Shown piece after piece: positions 1-16,399 of a stretch of 64,000 nt of DNA. The notes beneath the pieces were generated by a model. That model saw nothing but the letters and a program-made list of their open reading frames with translations, made no database searches and had not been told where the DNA came from. Position 1 is the stretch's first letter; the number at the start of each line of letters is the position of its first letter. This stretch comes from the human T2T-CHM13v2.0 reference genome, Homo sapiens, in assembly GCF_009914755.1 (NCBI RefSeq), contig NC_060926.1. One strand, 5' to 3'. The position numbers and the translations under genes were made by a program.

Positions 1-238
1 TTTAGCATCTGCTTAGACAAATGCTTAATAAAAGGAATAAGGACATTGGATCTATGTCAAAGGAGTTTTAAAAAAGATAGTTCCCCAGTTTGGTAGATGT
101 TTAATATATTACCAACAAAGTGAGCTTTTCAAAAGAAAACCTCCTTTTTTGATAGATTTGAACACATAAACAATGTGTTTTCAGATGAAAGGAAACACTC
201 ATGGTACTTTTTCAGGCATGAAACTAAAACATGGCTTA

Positions 239-550
<312 letters not shown>

Positions 551-1289
551 CTAGAGAGCATGGGCACAACATCACAACTTTTGGAATCTTTCAGGGTTCT
601 GAATCATAATATTATGTCATACTTGACCAATGGGCAGAAAAAATAGAGGCCAATAAGATTCTAATGGAAACAATTCCTCTTGAAATGTGGTTCTTTATAT
701 AAGGATGATAACATGTAATTGAAATCAAGTATAGCTGCAGAACAATTCATTGTGGAAACATAAATGATGTAAATAAAGTTCACTTAATTTAACACCATTG
801 GCCCAGGAATGGACAAATTTTTGATTCCAGTAGAGTCAGTTATTCACTATGTTTTAAATATTTTTATATCTTTTGACTTTTGACAAAAATGGACTCAAAA
901 GATATAATAAAAATAAACAATGATCCCTATCTTGTATATATGATTTATAGTGTCTTACTTTCTGGCCAGATTCATTAAATAACACTTTGCTGTTAAAAAG
1001 CAAGTGAAACTATCAGTGGGAGCAAATAAAAATCACTATTAGTAAAAATGTAAAAATCTTACATCAAGAAACTATGATTTCTATATATTCAGAGTGCAGT
1101 TATGGTGGTAGGTAGTAAAGAATACCCAATCAGAGATGAGATGTCTGTGAAAAAGGAAAACTCTGTTATGTTTGCCATGCCTGTGTAATATTATATGCAT
1201 GATAGAGAACTCATTTTGTTGAAGCCATTAAATAGTTAAACGATTCCATCTCAAGGCATCAAGGAGATGCTGACAAGAATAATTTTGAG

Positions 1290-1515
1290 ACAGAGTGAAA
1301 AGAGCATGGGCTTTGGAACCCAACACACCTGGATTCAATCCTGACTTGGTCATTTACCTGATGAATGACCCTAGACAAGTTTCCATCTCTCTGACTCTCT
1401 GCTTCCTTGTTTGTCAAATGGGCCTATGTACCTTTGGGGGTCATTGTGACAATAAGTAATCATTTTAATAAAGTATCTGACACATAACATGTGGTAAATA
1501 AATGGCAATTACTAA
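1290..1515 (+). mobile_element. MIR SINE (degenerate)
   Basis: aagagcatgggctttgga...ggattcaatcctgact...gacaagtt...ctctctgactctctgcttccttgtttgtcaaatggg MIR core. Confidence 0.7.
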
Positions 1516-1684
1516 TACTCATTTTTCTTAGTTTCTTAGGACTGCTCTCTCTTAATTTCAAGCCCTGTTATTATTTCTATATTTAGTGTCTGGAGAACTT
1601 AAGGACACAATAATATTTTCGTTATAATACAAAGAAAAAAGTGGAATAGACAGCTCACTGAAGAGCAATAGCATTTTAAATGTA

Positions 1685-1973
1685 CAGTTATGCATAGCTA
1701 AGCGACGGGGATATGTTCTGAGAAATGTGTCCTTAGGCGGTTTCATCATTGGCAAACATCACAGTGTAGTTACACAAATTTAGATGGTATATATATTTCC
1801 AAATGTCCTAGCACCATTACTAAATATCAATCATTTCTCTTAACTTGATCTGCAATGCCAACATCAAGTGACATATATCAGATTTCTATACATGTTCCAT
1901 TATAATCTTATGGAACCACCATCATATATGAAATCAATCACTGACTGAAATGTTGCTATGCCACATCTGACTG
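1685..1973. mobile_element. Tigger3-type (TcMar) non-autonomous DNA transposon
   Basis: TA-flanked ends ta|cagttatg...gactg|ta; characteristic gatatgttctgagaaatgtgtccttaggcg and cattataatcttatggaaccacc segments. Confidence 0.75.
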
Positions 1974-2160
1974 TATCTGCACATTCAGTTACATTATACA
2001 GTGAATGGAATTGACTGGTTATTCATTGAACACTGTTACCATGTAGGAAGCGTGTCCCATCAATTCAGTAACAAATCATTAAGTTAACTATGCATGCCAG
2101 GACAGTCTCAATGTATGCTACACCTTTCTATTTGATCAATATACTGCCATTTGCACTTTA

Positions 2161-2382
<222 letters not shown>

Positions 2383-3206
2383 TTAGGCTACAGGTGCAGA
2401 TGCTTTGTGTTGATACTCGGTGTCTGTGTGTGCGTTTATGTATGCCCCCAAAGCAACGTCCACTGAAATCCATCAAAAACCAGTAAAAGAAAACATTGGC
2501 AAGGATGAGGTTTTGGCATTTAGCACATTACTTAATTATTTAACTGAGAGCCATGACCAAGAAGTAAAATGATGCACATTAACACAGGTGAAGTAAATAA
2601 GACATGTTAACTTTTAAAATTATGTCCCAAAATCTAATTTAAAATACTCCTGACATACTAGGATAAGGAGACTATGCCAATTAGTTAAAGAAAAAAAATC
2701 CATTAAGTTAGAAATATAGTACTAATTTACTGATCATGGATTAACAGTAAGGAAATTTGCGGATTTTAAGCCATCCGTCATGTGTATGGTGTATGAACAT
2801 ACCATTTGAATAAACTTACTTAATAAATATACACGGTGTGTTTGCTAGGTAGAGGCTGAATGCTGGCTAGTAGGTCTTGTGAGGAAAGAATGAGAAGCTA
2901 ATTCATAACTATCTGTCAATATTTTCACCAGTTAAGAGGTGATTTTTGTACTGATTATGGAAAATGTGGTTTGGGGTCCTCTGTGTCACAAAACCTCACG
3001 CCTTTCATTTCACACTAGGAGTCAAACTTGCAAATACATTTTCACTTACTGGCCTGTATTGGACTGTAAGCTCCCAGAGCAAGCAGGCATCAAATGTGCT
3101 TTTTTATCATTATAGCACCAGTACAATGTGGCACACAGAGGGTTAAAAACAAACTCGTACTATGAATAAATACATATAGGTTTAAGTAAGAAGATTTTAT
3201 TTCACT

Positions 3207-3253
3207 ATTAAAAGTAATGGCAAAAACCTCAATTACTCTCCACCAATGTAATA
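3207..3253. mobile_element. MADE1 (mariner MITE) half-element
   Basis: attaaaagtaatggcaaaaacctcaattactctcaccaatgtaa resembles one MADE1 arm. Confidence 0.55.
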
Positions 3254-3539
3254 TAAGTTTTAGCTATCCATTCAAAAATATTTACTGAGTGTGTATTACT
3301 TTGTAATTCATAGCTTACAAAGCACCTTTACATATGTTATAACATTTGATTTTTAGGTACATATGTAATAGATAATAAAAATATACTTTATGTAATCAGA
3401 ATATATATTTACTTATGTTTTATATATTTATGTATATAATGAAGGTAAATAGAGATATACACTTATATTTGTACATTTGTTATATATATTTATAGATATA
3501 TTTACCTACATACTGATAATGTAGGTATGTATATATAGA

Positions 3540-5705
3540 TATAAAATATAGATAAATATATAAATATTTTTATATTTAAATATTTATAGATAATGTATAA
3601 ACAAATATTTTTATATTTAAATATTTATAGATAAATATATAATAAATATTTTTATATTTAAATATTTATAGATAAATATATAAATATTTACATATTTTTA
3701 TATTTAAATATTTATCGATAAATATATAAATATATAAATATATAAATATTTATATATTTATAGATAAATATATAAATATTTATATATTTATAGATAAATA
3801 TATAAATATTTTTATATTTATAGATAAATATATAAATATTTTTATATTTATAGATAAATGTATAAATATTTTTATATTTATAGATAAATGTATAAATATT
3901 TTTATATTTATAGATAAATGTATAAATATTTTTATATTTATAGATAAATGTATAAATATTTTTATATTTATAGATAAATGTATAAATATTTTTATATTTA
4001 TAGATAAATGTATAAATGTTTTTATATTTATAGATAAATGTATAAATATTTTTATATTTATAGATAAATGTATAAATATTTTTATATTTATAGATAAATG
4101 TATAAATATTTTTATATTTATAGATAAATGTATAAATATTTTTATATTTATAGATAAATGTATAAATATTTTTATATTTATAGATAAATGTATAAATATT
4201 TTTATATTTATAGATAAATGTATAAATATTTTTATATTTATAGATAAATGTATAAATATTTTTATATTTATAGATAAATGTATAAATATTTTTATATTTA
4301 TAGATAAATGTATAAATATTTTTATATTTATAGATAAATGTATAAATATTTTTATATTTATAGATAAATGTATAAATATTTTTATATTTATAGATAAATG
4401 TATAAATATTTTTATATTTATAGATAAATGTATAAATATTTTTATATTTATAGATAAATATATAAATATATAAATATTTATATATTTATAGATAAATATA
4501 TATATATAAATATTTATATATTTATAGATAAATATATAAATATATAAATATTTATATATTTATAGATAAATATATAAATATATAAATATTTATAGATAAA
4601 TATATAAATATATAAATATTTATATATTTATAGATAAATATATAAATATTTATATATTTATCTATAAATATATAAATATTTATATATTTATAGATAAATA
4701 TATAAATATTTATATATTTATAGATAAATATATAAATATATAAATATTTTTATATTTATAGATAAATATATAAATATTTTTATATTTATAGATAAATATA
4801 TAAATATTTTTATATTTATAGATAAATATATAAATATTTTTATATTTATAGATAAATATATAAATATTTTTATATTTATAGATAAATATATCAATATATA
4901 AATATTTTTATATTTATAGATAAATATATCAATATATAAATATTTTTATATTTATAGATAAATATATCAATATATAAATATTTTTATATTTATAGATAAA
5001 TATATCAATATATAAATATTTTTATATTTATAGATAAATATATAAATATTTTTATATTTATAGATAAATATATAAATATTTTTATATTTATAAATATATA
5101 AATATTTTTATATTTATAAATATATAAATATTTTTATATTTATAAATATATAAATATTTTTATATTTATAAATATATAAATATTTTTATATTTATAGATA
5201 AATATATAAATATTTTTATATTTATAGATAAATATATCAATATTTTTATATTTATAGATAAATATATCAATATATAAATATTTTTATATTTATAGATAAA
5301 TATATCAATATATAAATATTTTTATATTTATAGATAAATATATAAATATATAAATATTTTTATATTTATAGATAAATATATAAATATTTTTATATTTATA
5401 GATAAATATATAAATATTTTTATATTTATAAATATATAAATATTTTTATATTTATAAATATATAAATATTTTTATATTTATAGATAAATATATAAATATT
5501 TTTATATTTATAGATAAATATATAAATATTTTTATATTTATAGATAAATATATAAATATTTTTATATTTATAGATAAATATATAAATATTTTTATATTTA
5601 TAGATAAATATAAAAATATTTAAATATTTATAGATAAATATATAAATATTTAAATATTTTTATATTTAAATATTTATAGATAAATATATAAATATTTACA
5701 TATAT
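3540..5705. repeat. AT-rich minisatellite (VNTR) with a 30-bp core unit and 26- and 40-bp variants
   Basis: 3841-4440 = 20 tandem copies of tttatatttatagataaatgtataaatatt (one has an a>g change near 4018); flanked by variant blocks; almost no C/G. Confidence 0.97.
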
Positions 5706-6582
5706 ATTTATGTATTATATATTACAAATATTATATTATATAAATATTTACCTGCATTATATATATGTTTACCTTCTCTGTATATATTCATATATTCAAA
5801 GAGAGAATGATATATATATCATATATATTTCACAGATATATGATATATATATCACATATATATCATATATATCACATATATATATGATAGGTATGTGGTG
5901 TCAGAATTAAGTTAAGCTAACAAAATGGGATTTAGTTCTGTGCAGATAACAGAAATATTATTAAGAGAGAGTGGCTAGAGATACTCTGTTGAAAATGAGG
6001 AATAAGTCTAATTTCAAAGCCAATTTATTCAGGGGTAGTAGATCCTAATTTTCTTGTAGAGTAAATTGCCTGTAAAGATAATTTAAAGGCAGGAAATAAT
6101 TTTTTTCACCATGTGCCCTGAACAAGACACGTGAGCATAATATCACAAGGATACCTTCCTATAAGGGCTGATGCAGTGACCTAGTGAATTTACAGATGGG
6201 AAGTAAAAACCTACATAATGGCAGCTTTCCTTTGCCACTTCATACCCTATACTCAGTGTCTTCCACTTTCTGCAGTCTCTGCGAAGGTTGGGAAGAACCT
6301 GTGCTTCTTGATTGTTCTAATTGCCTTGTCATTTATCTAGCACTTGCATGGAAAGACAGGACCTGCCACTCATTTCAACAGAGCGTCATACAGTTCATTT
6401 AGCCTGAATGTACTGCCAGACTGTGTCCCAACCAGGGGATTTGCACATTATGGTTATCACAAAGGAATGTGGTCTGTTGCCTGAGATAAGCCAACACCCG
6501 AGGATACTTTCAGAGAAAGACACCTCCATTCCCTATTACTGGAAACAGAGTCAGGCTTCAGAAAATGAGCAATTTGTGGTTA

Positions 6583-6792
<210 letters not shown>

Positions 6793-7662
6793 CTAAGATG
6801 CACAACTCAATTCAAATTGTAAATTCAAATAAACATCTTTGGCGTATCTCTGCAATGTTTTATCTGGTTGTTGCTCTGTTTTATGAGTAAATTCAAATGA
6901 AGATGTATACATTTATTGTGCCTCTTAGTTTGCATGTATCTTAATTTGAATTTACTTAGAACAACAACCAGATAAAACATTGCAGAGATACGCCAAAGAT
7001 GTTTACTCATTAAACGTTTATTAATAATAGTGAGAATAATCACTACTTCTTGAGATATTACTGAGATATTATATATTAACATAATACATATTTAATTAAT
7101 TTATTTAATTGCTATTATTTATCATGTTGTTACTGAGATATTATATAATATGTGCCATTATATAATAATACATATATAATACATATGTTGTATTAATATT
7201 ATAAATGTATAACATATGTTAACAATATTATTATATATTATATATTACTAAGATAATATAGGAGACAATGTACTAGGTGTTTTTATACTTTTATTTACAT
7301 AATTGTCACCGTCACCAAACTAGACTGGTGATATGCCCATTTTCAGTTGAAGAAGTGGAGGAATTGCAGAAAGATTAAGTTTCTAAGACCAGGCAACTAG
7401 TCAACCAATCGGGGGTCCGAGGGTATTCTTTTGAGTATCCATGGTAGATGATGATTAAAACTGAGTGTTCCTAAATGATGTGTTCAAATGCTACCAACTT
7501 TCAACTGTTGTCCTGAATTTCACCTCTTCTGCTAGCAACAAGCCCAATCTAGAATTTAACCACTCTGGTTAATCAGAGAAAAGTGAGGGCCTCTTCCTGC
7601 TACCAGAACACTCCAGCATCATCTTCTTCCCTTGTCCATAACTAGTGATGGAAATTCATCAC

Positions 7663-8021
7663 TGTATTAGTCCATTTTCACACCGCTATAAAGAATACCT
7701 GAGACTGGGTAATTTAGAAAGAAAAGAGTTTTAATTGATTCATAGTTCCAAATGGCTGGGGAGGCCTCAGGAAACTTACAACCATGGTTGAAGGCAAAGG
7801 GGAAGCAAAGCATGTCTTACATGGTGGCAGGAGAGAGCGCATAGGGGAAACTGCCACTTTAAAACCGTCAGATCTCATGAGAACTCCCTCACTATCACAA
7901 GAACAGCATGGGGGAAAATGCTCCTGTGATCCAATGACTTCCCACCAGGTCTGTCCCTCGACACATGGGGATTACAGTTCAAGATAAGATTTGGGTGGGG
8001 ACATAAAGCCAAACCATATCA
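7663..8021 (-). mobile_element. THE1/MST-family (MaLR) solo LTR with a 5-bp TSD
   Basis: TG...CA ends (tgtattagtcc...aaaccatatca); TSD atcac at 7658-7662 and 8022-8026. Confidence 0.9.
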
Positions 8022-8195
8022 ATCACTTTAGCTCTATTGAGGAGTATAATGTAATCTACCTCCTTACTGGGTTGCTAATAAAGGTAAGAAATAATTTTTA
8101 AATGCCTTAATTTTTTAGTTTCAGGGCACTTTTAGAGTCATCATCTTATTTGAGCATATAACAATCTTAAGAAAGAGGTAGAATTTGAATAAATT

Positions 8196-8198
<3 letters not shown>

Positions 8199-8227
<29 letters not shown>

Positions 8228-8501
8228 CAGAGACAGGGTTTCACTCTGTCACCCAGGCCAGAGTGCAGTAGTGTGATCATAGCTCACTGCATCTTCAAAC
8301 TCCTGGGCTTAGGCCATCCTCCCATATCAGCCTCCTGACTAGCTGGGACTATAGGCATGTGCCACCACACCCGGCTACTTTTTAAATTTTTTGTAGAGAC
8401 AGGGTTGCCCAGGCTTGTCTCAAACTCCTGGGCTCAAGCTATCCTCCCAACTTGGCCTCCCAAAGTGCTGGGATTACAGGTGTGAGCCACCATGCCTGGC
8501 C
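8199..8501 (-). mobile_element. Alu (AluJ-like)
   Basis: Poly-T, then gagacagggtttcactctgtcacccagg...caaagtgctgggattacaggtgtgagccacc. Confidence 0.93.
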
Positions 8502-8780
8502 ATCAATGAACATTTTTATGTGGTTTTTAACAATCTCTCTGTACTCCAATATATGAAACCCCAAATTATAAAACAGATAAAGCAATGAGTCACTTCCTTA
8601 ATAGGTTACAACTTCACTGTTTGGCGAAAGAGTATCAAACAGCGGACAGTGAACCAAACAGGTTCAGGGAGCCCGCAAATCACCTCTGGATTTCCAGGGC
8701 TTGCTTTGGACTCAGCTCAGGGCATTTTTTTTTTTTAAAGAGAAAGAACAACAGATTGCCAACTTCCCCTTCTGTTCTTG

Positions 8781-9098
<318 letters not shown>

Positions 9099-9149
9099 TG
9101 ACTCCCTAGCTTGGCCTCCAGTGTGCTTCCATAGACTAACCAGTAAAAT

Positions 9150-9812
<663 letters not shown>

Positions 9813-9915
9813 TAAGGGCCTTGCGATAGCTTCTTATATTTTTAACTTTAAGGTAAATTCTTCAGGAGTTCATTCTGTGCCCCACCCCCCAGCCCCCACC
9901 TGTTAATGGCCTTTA

Positions 9916-10071
<156 letters not shown>

Positions 10072-11780
10072 TCATGTGTTTTTGTTAATGTGTAAATAGT
10101 AATTACTATCATTTGGGTCTTCCATGTTAACGCAGAGAGTTATCAGAAATTCTCTTCTGTGGGTTCAAAAGCTAGCTCTTTGGCTGTTTGGAAATACCCA
10201 AAATAATTTTTGTTCTGTAAAGCATCTCCAAGTTTTCCACTGTTATGATTTAAAATACCACTTTATTTTTTTACTGAATATTACTCTCCTACAAAGTAGA
10301 ACTGTCTTGAAATGAGTAAGAAGTCTAAGCAAGGTAGCCTGTAGACCCAAAGTGGACTTGAATAGTGATTTGATAATTGAATTCATTATATAATCAGCCT
10401 TATAGTGATTTTCTGGTTAAAGGGTTGCCAAAAACAATACAGACACTAAGATCAGCCTGACTATTCTAGAGGCTGGTACATGCAAAACCAACCTGCTACT
10501 GTTGTTACCGCTATACTAATGCTACTATTCCAGTAGTCACTGGGCTAACTACTGCAACTACTATGAATAACAGTAATAATAACAATAATAACAGGTATGT
10601 TTCTAAGTGTTTTATCTGTATTATTTCATTTTATCTTTACAACAGAAGAGTGAACAGACAGGTATGGAGGCTCCCAATTTGCACTAGGTTACAACATGTC
10701 ATAAGTAGTAGAGCAGAATTTGAATCCAGGCTTTTGACTGCCATTCTACCTAGCTCCCAGACTCACCTGTTGCTGGCTATATGCAGGTGGAGTGGTCAGG
10801 TTCCTGTGCAGACTTGGGGCAGCTGTTCTTTGACTTACCAATGCAGTCATCTCATTACCTTAGGGGAAGGCTACCTGATCATGCCCAGATGTTCCTACCA
10901 AATAGCACTCTGTTTTTATTATCAGCACTGTTTATAAAGGTAAGGAAGAGACAATGAGGCAAATCCTCAAGTTGGCCTCCAGAAGGAATACCAGTCTCCT
11001 CCTCTCTACCCTGTCAACCAAAGAATGGTCCTACTCTTGTGACTCGCATAGAGGATGTTTCATTGGCCACAGTCTATTGCCAAGCCAAAGAGTGGCCCTG
11101 CATGAATGTAGTCTTTTTCAGGTGATCAAATGATCCTGGTCTGTGATGGTTTCTATAGGCCAGACCCTTCCCATTTGTTGTATCACATTGAGGCAAATTG
11201 CCTGAGTCTCTCCTGCTTCTCTTTCTTCCTTGTGGCTGGAGTGTCTGAACCATGGAAAGTGTCAGAGCCTCTCAGCCATGTCTCTCCCTCTTCAGTAACC
11301 TCTTCATTCCACACATTAGGATGATTAACAGGGCCAGGGCTGCCATACATGGGTGGTGGGTTAGTCCACTCACGCTTTCTCCCTAGAATCCCAGCCTATG
11401 CATAGGGACAAAAATTATCTCTTCATTTCCTTGTCCTCAATTATGGCAGGTGGTTCCTCCCATAGGCAGATTATGTAATCTTTCAAGCCCCCATTTCTTC
11501 ATCTGCAACACAGGGATAATGATAGCATATATTTCATAGGATTATTACAGGATCAAATGAGATAATGTGTGTAAAGATGATTAATCCAGTGCTAGTCACT
11601 TCAATGGTAGTAATGATGTTGGTGATGATGATGCTGACAGTGAAGAAAGTATTGAGGTCCCACACTTAGGAGGCGGTAAAGGAAGCAGATAGAACACTTC
11701 TTATGGTCCAATTTAGTTTAAGACCACACACGTCAGAGGTCTTCCTACCTCAGCAAAGGAACCTTCCATTTGCCCTAGAT

Positions 11781-12000
11781 CCGGGGCCAGCAAACATTTT
11801 CTGAAAAAGGGCCAAATAAATATTTTAGGCTTTTCAGGCCATATGGGCTCTGAAGTAATTATTCAGTTCTGCCATGTAGTATAAAAGCAGCCATAGACAT
11901 ATGTAAATAAGTGACTGTGGCTCTGTCCCAGTAAAATGTTATTTATAAAAACAGGCAGTGAGCTGGATTTGGCCTGTCGACCATAGTTTGCTGACTCCTG
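11781..12000. mobile_element. MER58-type hAT-Charlie MITE
   Basis: Terminal inverted repeats ggggccagcaaac ... gtttgctgactcctg; typical internal sequence. Confidence 0.75.
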
Positions 12001-12835
12001 GCTGACTGGAGGCCTAAATTGAAGTTTGGGGTCCAACTCTTTGAATGGCTCTCTGGATGGGGAGGAGTGAGTGAGACAGGACAAAAGCACATTCCCAAAT
12101 CATCACAGTAGCTAGCAACATCCCAATAAGCCATCATTTGTCACTCAACATCATATTCTTTAGCCCTGTGAACAGCAGAAGTAGTGTAGACAGAGAGATG
12201 GGAAGGGAGACTGCTGTGGAACAATTAAGCTATGGGTGTGCTGGAGAAAAAGGGGTCCATGGCCCCTGGGAAGACAGAGTCAGAGGCAGGAAAACAGTGG
12301 TTAATAGGTAGGCCTCAAAGTCAGGGAGACCTGAGTTCAAATCCCTCTCAATATTTCTTGACTTCATGGCTTCAATTTCATTTTTAAGTGGTAGTATAAT
12401 GACACCAATTACGGAATGAGATTGAGAGCATTACATGCAGTAATTTTATTACATAATACGTCACTCAGTGCTTGACACTTTGTATATACTGAATGAATGT
12501 CACGCTCCATTATGTGATTATTTTTATTAATGAATTCTGAAACTCAGGAAGGTCATGAAAGAACAACCTTCTGCACCATTCAGGTCCCCTTCATCTTTCC
12601 CTACCAGACCACAGAGTGCATTTTTTCTCTGTGCACAAGTGATACTAATTACAGTCACTTATGTGAACTACTTACCATTTATGCCCAATTACCATGCAGC
12701 CAGTAACGATTTTGTGTATCACAAAACGTACTGGATTAACCAAACCGTTAATTAGTTTTGTGGATTAAAACACTCAACTCAGCCCATGCACACTCAGCCT
12801 TCATAGTTTGCTGCTCAGAAGTGTGGCCAAGACCT

Positions 12836-12881
12836 GAGAGAGAGAGCGAGCGAGAGAGAGAGAGAGAAGAGAGAGAGAGAG
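12836..12881. repeat. Imperfect (GA)n microsatellite
   Basis: gagagagagagcgagcgagagagagagagagaagagagagagagag. Confidence 0.9.
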
Positions 12882-14886
12882 CAAGGAATATAGTGTTAAA
12901 GGATGCATTTCATCTTCCCAAAGGAAATTTTCTCTTAAGATATAAGCAGAGGCTTACAGAAAGACGTTGGGAGTAACAGGTTAATAATCAGTTGATTAAA
13001 ATGTTAGAGACCCATAGTATGCCATGTCTGCACATAGCAAGGACTCAAGAAATATTGGTTGAAAGAATAAATTATTTACAAAAGTAGAGTAGCTCACTGT
13101 ACAATGGGCAGGAAATTTAAAGATGAGAGACATAAAATTGGATTCCTACTACAGAGAGTTACCAAAGGGATTTTTATTCAAGTGCTTCCAGTTGGTATTG
13201 TGTATTATTTGATTTTCAATTTACCAATTCACTTTTCCCTCTGAACCATTATTATTGTATACCTCTATCCTCTCCTTGTAGGCATGGAACAAAAGGAAAA
13301 ATAAGTTTTCTCAATGCTTGTCTTCTTGCATAGCAAGTATGTATAAGCAGCTAGGACTAAAGCCAACTACTGATATCCCTATTTTGGTAAATGTCAAAGT
13401 TCTTAGGAGGAATTGGATCAATAAAGACAAGGGACTATAGTTAAAATCTGGACCTGCAATACTTCAGTGGCTTTTCCAATCTGTAAAAACTGTATCTAAG
13501 TTGTTAAGAAGTGGTTAAATTATAAAATTGGTAACACTTCCCATCCATACTATCTCTTTAAAGTTTACAAAACACATTAACCTGTATTATCATATTTATT
13601 TTCTTTAACAAAGTTCAAAAGATGTCAGCTGTTCATGCTGCCAAGATAAACTGAATTGAAAAAGTTGTTCTTTGTGTATTATCATGTTCTTAATGAAATA
13701 AAGTCCGTGGTTTGGAATGATTATGGTTTGACCTCTGATAATCACTTCCATTTGCAAATCAAAATCCTACTCAATTTTCCCTGGCAATGTATTTATCTTA
13801 AAGCAGTAGATTTTGAATTTTAAGCTCTCAGCTAGCAAATTTCTGGTATACAAGGTTTTGATATTTTTCATTGTTTGCTCTATCCGGAATCTGGAGCTAA
13901 AAAATTTTACTTAAGAATTTGATATAAAACGACTCCCTATTTACTTGCAGGGCAAATGAAACAGATATTTCATTTTTTGTTTCCCTGACCTCGTAGATTT
14001 TACTGTCTGAGGGTAGAAACGGGTGGGCACAAGTGTAAATAAATGCAAATATTCCATATCACAAAAGTGCTTTGAAAAAAAAGTACAGCAGATCACAAAA
14101 GAGAATGAAAAATGGGTGAGTGTAAAAGGCCTGACTGGGAAAGTGGCATTTAGCTGAGAATTCAAACAATGATCAGAGTCCAGTTGCAACAAGAGAGAGC
14201 CATAAGCTAAGGAGGAAAGGCCTTGGGAGAGGGAGCAGGATAAGAAGCCTTCCTGGACCCCCGCCACACCTGGTTATCCTGCTATTCACTGTCAAGGTTC
14301 TCTGTCCTCTATAGCATGTCTCTATTTGTCTGTATTCATTTACATGGTTACTTATTTATTGCTTGTCTTCTCCATTAAAGTGTAAATCCCATCAAGGCAA
14401 AAAAACAAAAACAAAAACAAAACCACATTTCCGTTGCTCACTGTTGAATCCCCTGCATTTTCTAAGTGTCTGGCACATAGTAGATGCTGAATAATTACTT
14501 ATTGAATGAATAACTGTAAAGACAATGAAAATTAAAGGCATTAGCTACTTTAGCACAAGTGAGCAATAAAGTACATTTGTAGCACCTGTTCAGTTAAGGC
14601 TGTTATTGACCTGGCATTTTAGTAACTCATTATGTTTCACAAGTACATTTATTAGTATATATCTTGGACTATCATAAAGCTCAGTTATACGAGCTGTTAA
14701 TTTTTAGCTGAGAGATCACTGAGTTTCCATTTTCATGGCATATTTTCTTTTTGGACTCAGTCAGAAAATCATCATTTCATAGCTATAAAGTGTTCAGTTA
14801 ATTTGAAATTATTAAATTGCTGGTCTTATCAATTCAAATGTTTAGCATCCCTTTACTATAAAATATATAAGTATTATTTGTTTCTC

Positions 14887-16025
14887 TATAAAATTTCTAG
14901 AAGATAACATTGGAAAAGCCCTTCTAGACTTTGGCCTAGGCAAAGATTTCATGACCAAGAACCCAAAAGCAAATGCAATAAAAACAAAGATAAATAGGTG
15001 AGACTTAATTAAACTAAAGAGGTTTTTCACAGCATAAGGAACAGTCAGCGAGTAAACAGACAACCCACAGGATGGGAGAAAATCTTCACAATCTACACAT
15101 CTGACAAAGGACTAATATCCGGAATCTACAATAAACTCAGAAAGTGAGCTAAGGACATGAATAGACAATTCTCAGAAGAAGATACACAAATGGCCAACAA
15201 ACATATGAAAAAAATGCTCAACATCACTAATGATCAGGGAAATACAAATCAAAACCACAATGTGATACCACCTTAATCTTGCAAGAATGGCTATAATAAA
15301 AAAATCAAAACATAATAGATGTTGGCATGGATGTAGTGAAAAGGAACACTTCTACACTGTTGGTGGGAATGTAAACTAGTACAACAACTATGGAAAACAG
15401 TATGGAAATTCCTTAAAGAACTGAACATAGAACTACCATTTGATCCAGCAATCCCACTACTGGGTATCTACCCAGAGGAAAAGAAGTCGTTATACAAAAG
15501 AGATACTTGCACACGCATGTTTATAGCAGCACAATTTACAATTGCAAAACTGTGGAACTAGCCCAAATGCCCATCAATCAACAAGTGGATAAAGAAACTG
15601 TGATATATATATAACATATATGTATATATATACACAGATACATATAATTACATATATATATGGCAGAATACTACTCAGCAATAAAAGGAATGAATTAATG
15701 GCATTCACAGCAACCTGGATGGGATTGGAGACTGTTATTCTAAGTAAAGTAACTCAGGAATGGAAAACCAAATATTGCATGTTCTCACTCATAAGTGGGA
15801 GCTAAGCTATGAGGATGCAAAGGCATAAGAATGATACAATGGACTTTGGGGACTCAGCGGAAAAGGGTACGAAGGCAGTGAAGGATAAAAGACCACAGCT
15901 TGGATTCAGTGTATACTGCTTGGGTGATGGGTGCACCAAAATCTCACAAATCACCACTAAAGGACTTACTCATGTAACTAAATACCACCTGTTTCCCAAA
16001 AAAATTATGGAAATAAAAAAAAATT
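14887..16025 (+). mobile_element. 5'-truncated LINE-1 (L1PB/old L1PA-like), ORF2 end and 3' UTR, antisense to ABCB11
   Basis: L1 3' motifs (gatccagcaatcccactactgggtatctacccagagg), aataaa plus A-tail; degenerate TSD taagtattatttgtttc / taaggtattacttgtttc. Confidence 0.9.
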
Positions 16026-16162
16026 TAAGGTATTACTTGTTTCCACAGACAGACTCCATAAAATCATTGATGCTTTTTTCCTGAAGGCACCAAAGTAATA
16101 AACAAAATATCTAATCCATGGACTTTTCTGAGATACCAGAAGGAAATGCTATGTCTCGGTCA

Positions 16163-16399
<237 letters not shown>

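Noticed and set aside
3540-5705. Regular ~30-bp periodicity superficially like a CRISPR array
   Set aside because: Units are directly adjacent with no unique spacers, there are no cas genes, and the context is a mammalian intron; it is a minisatellite
5710-5910. 66-aa Tyr/Ile-rich ORF
   Set aside because: Translation of (AT)n low-complexity sequence
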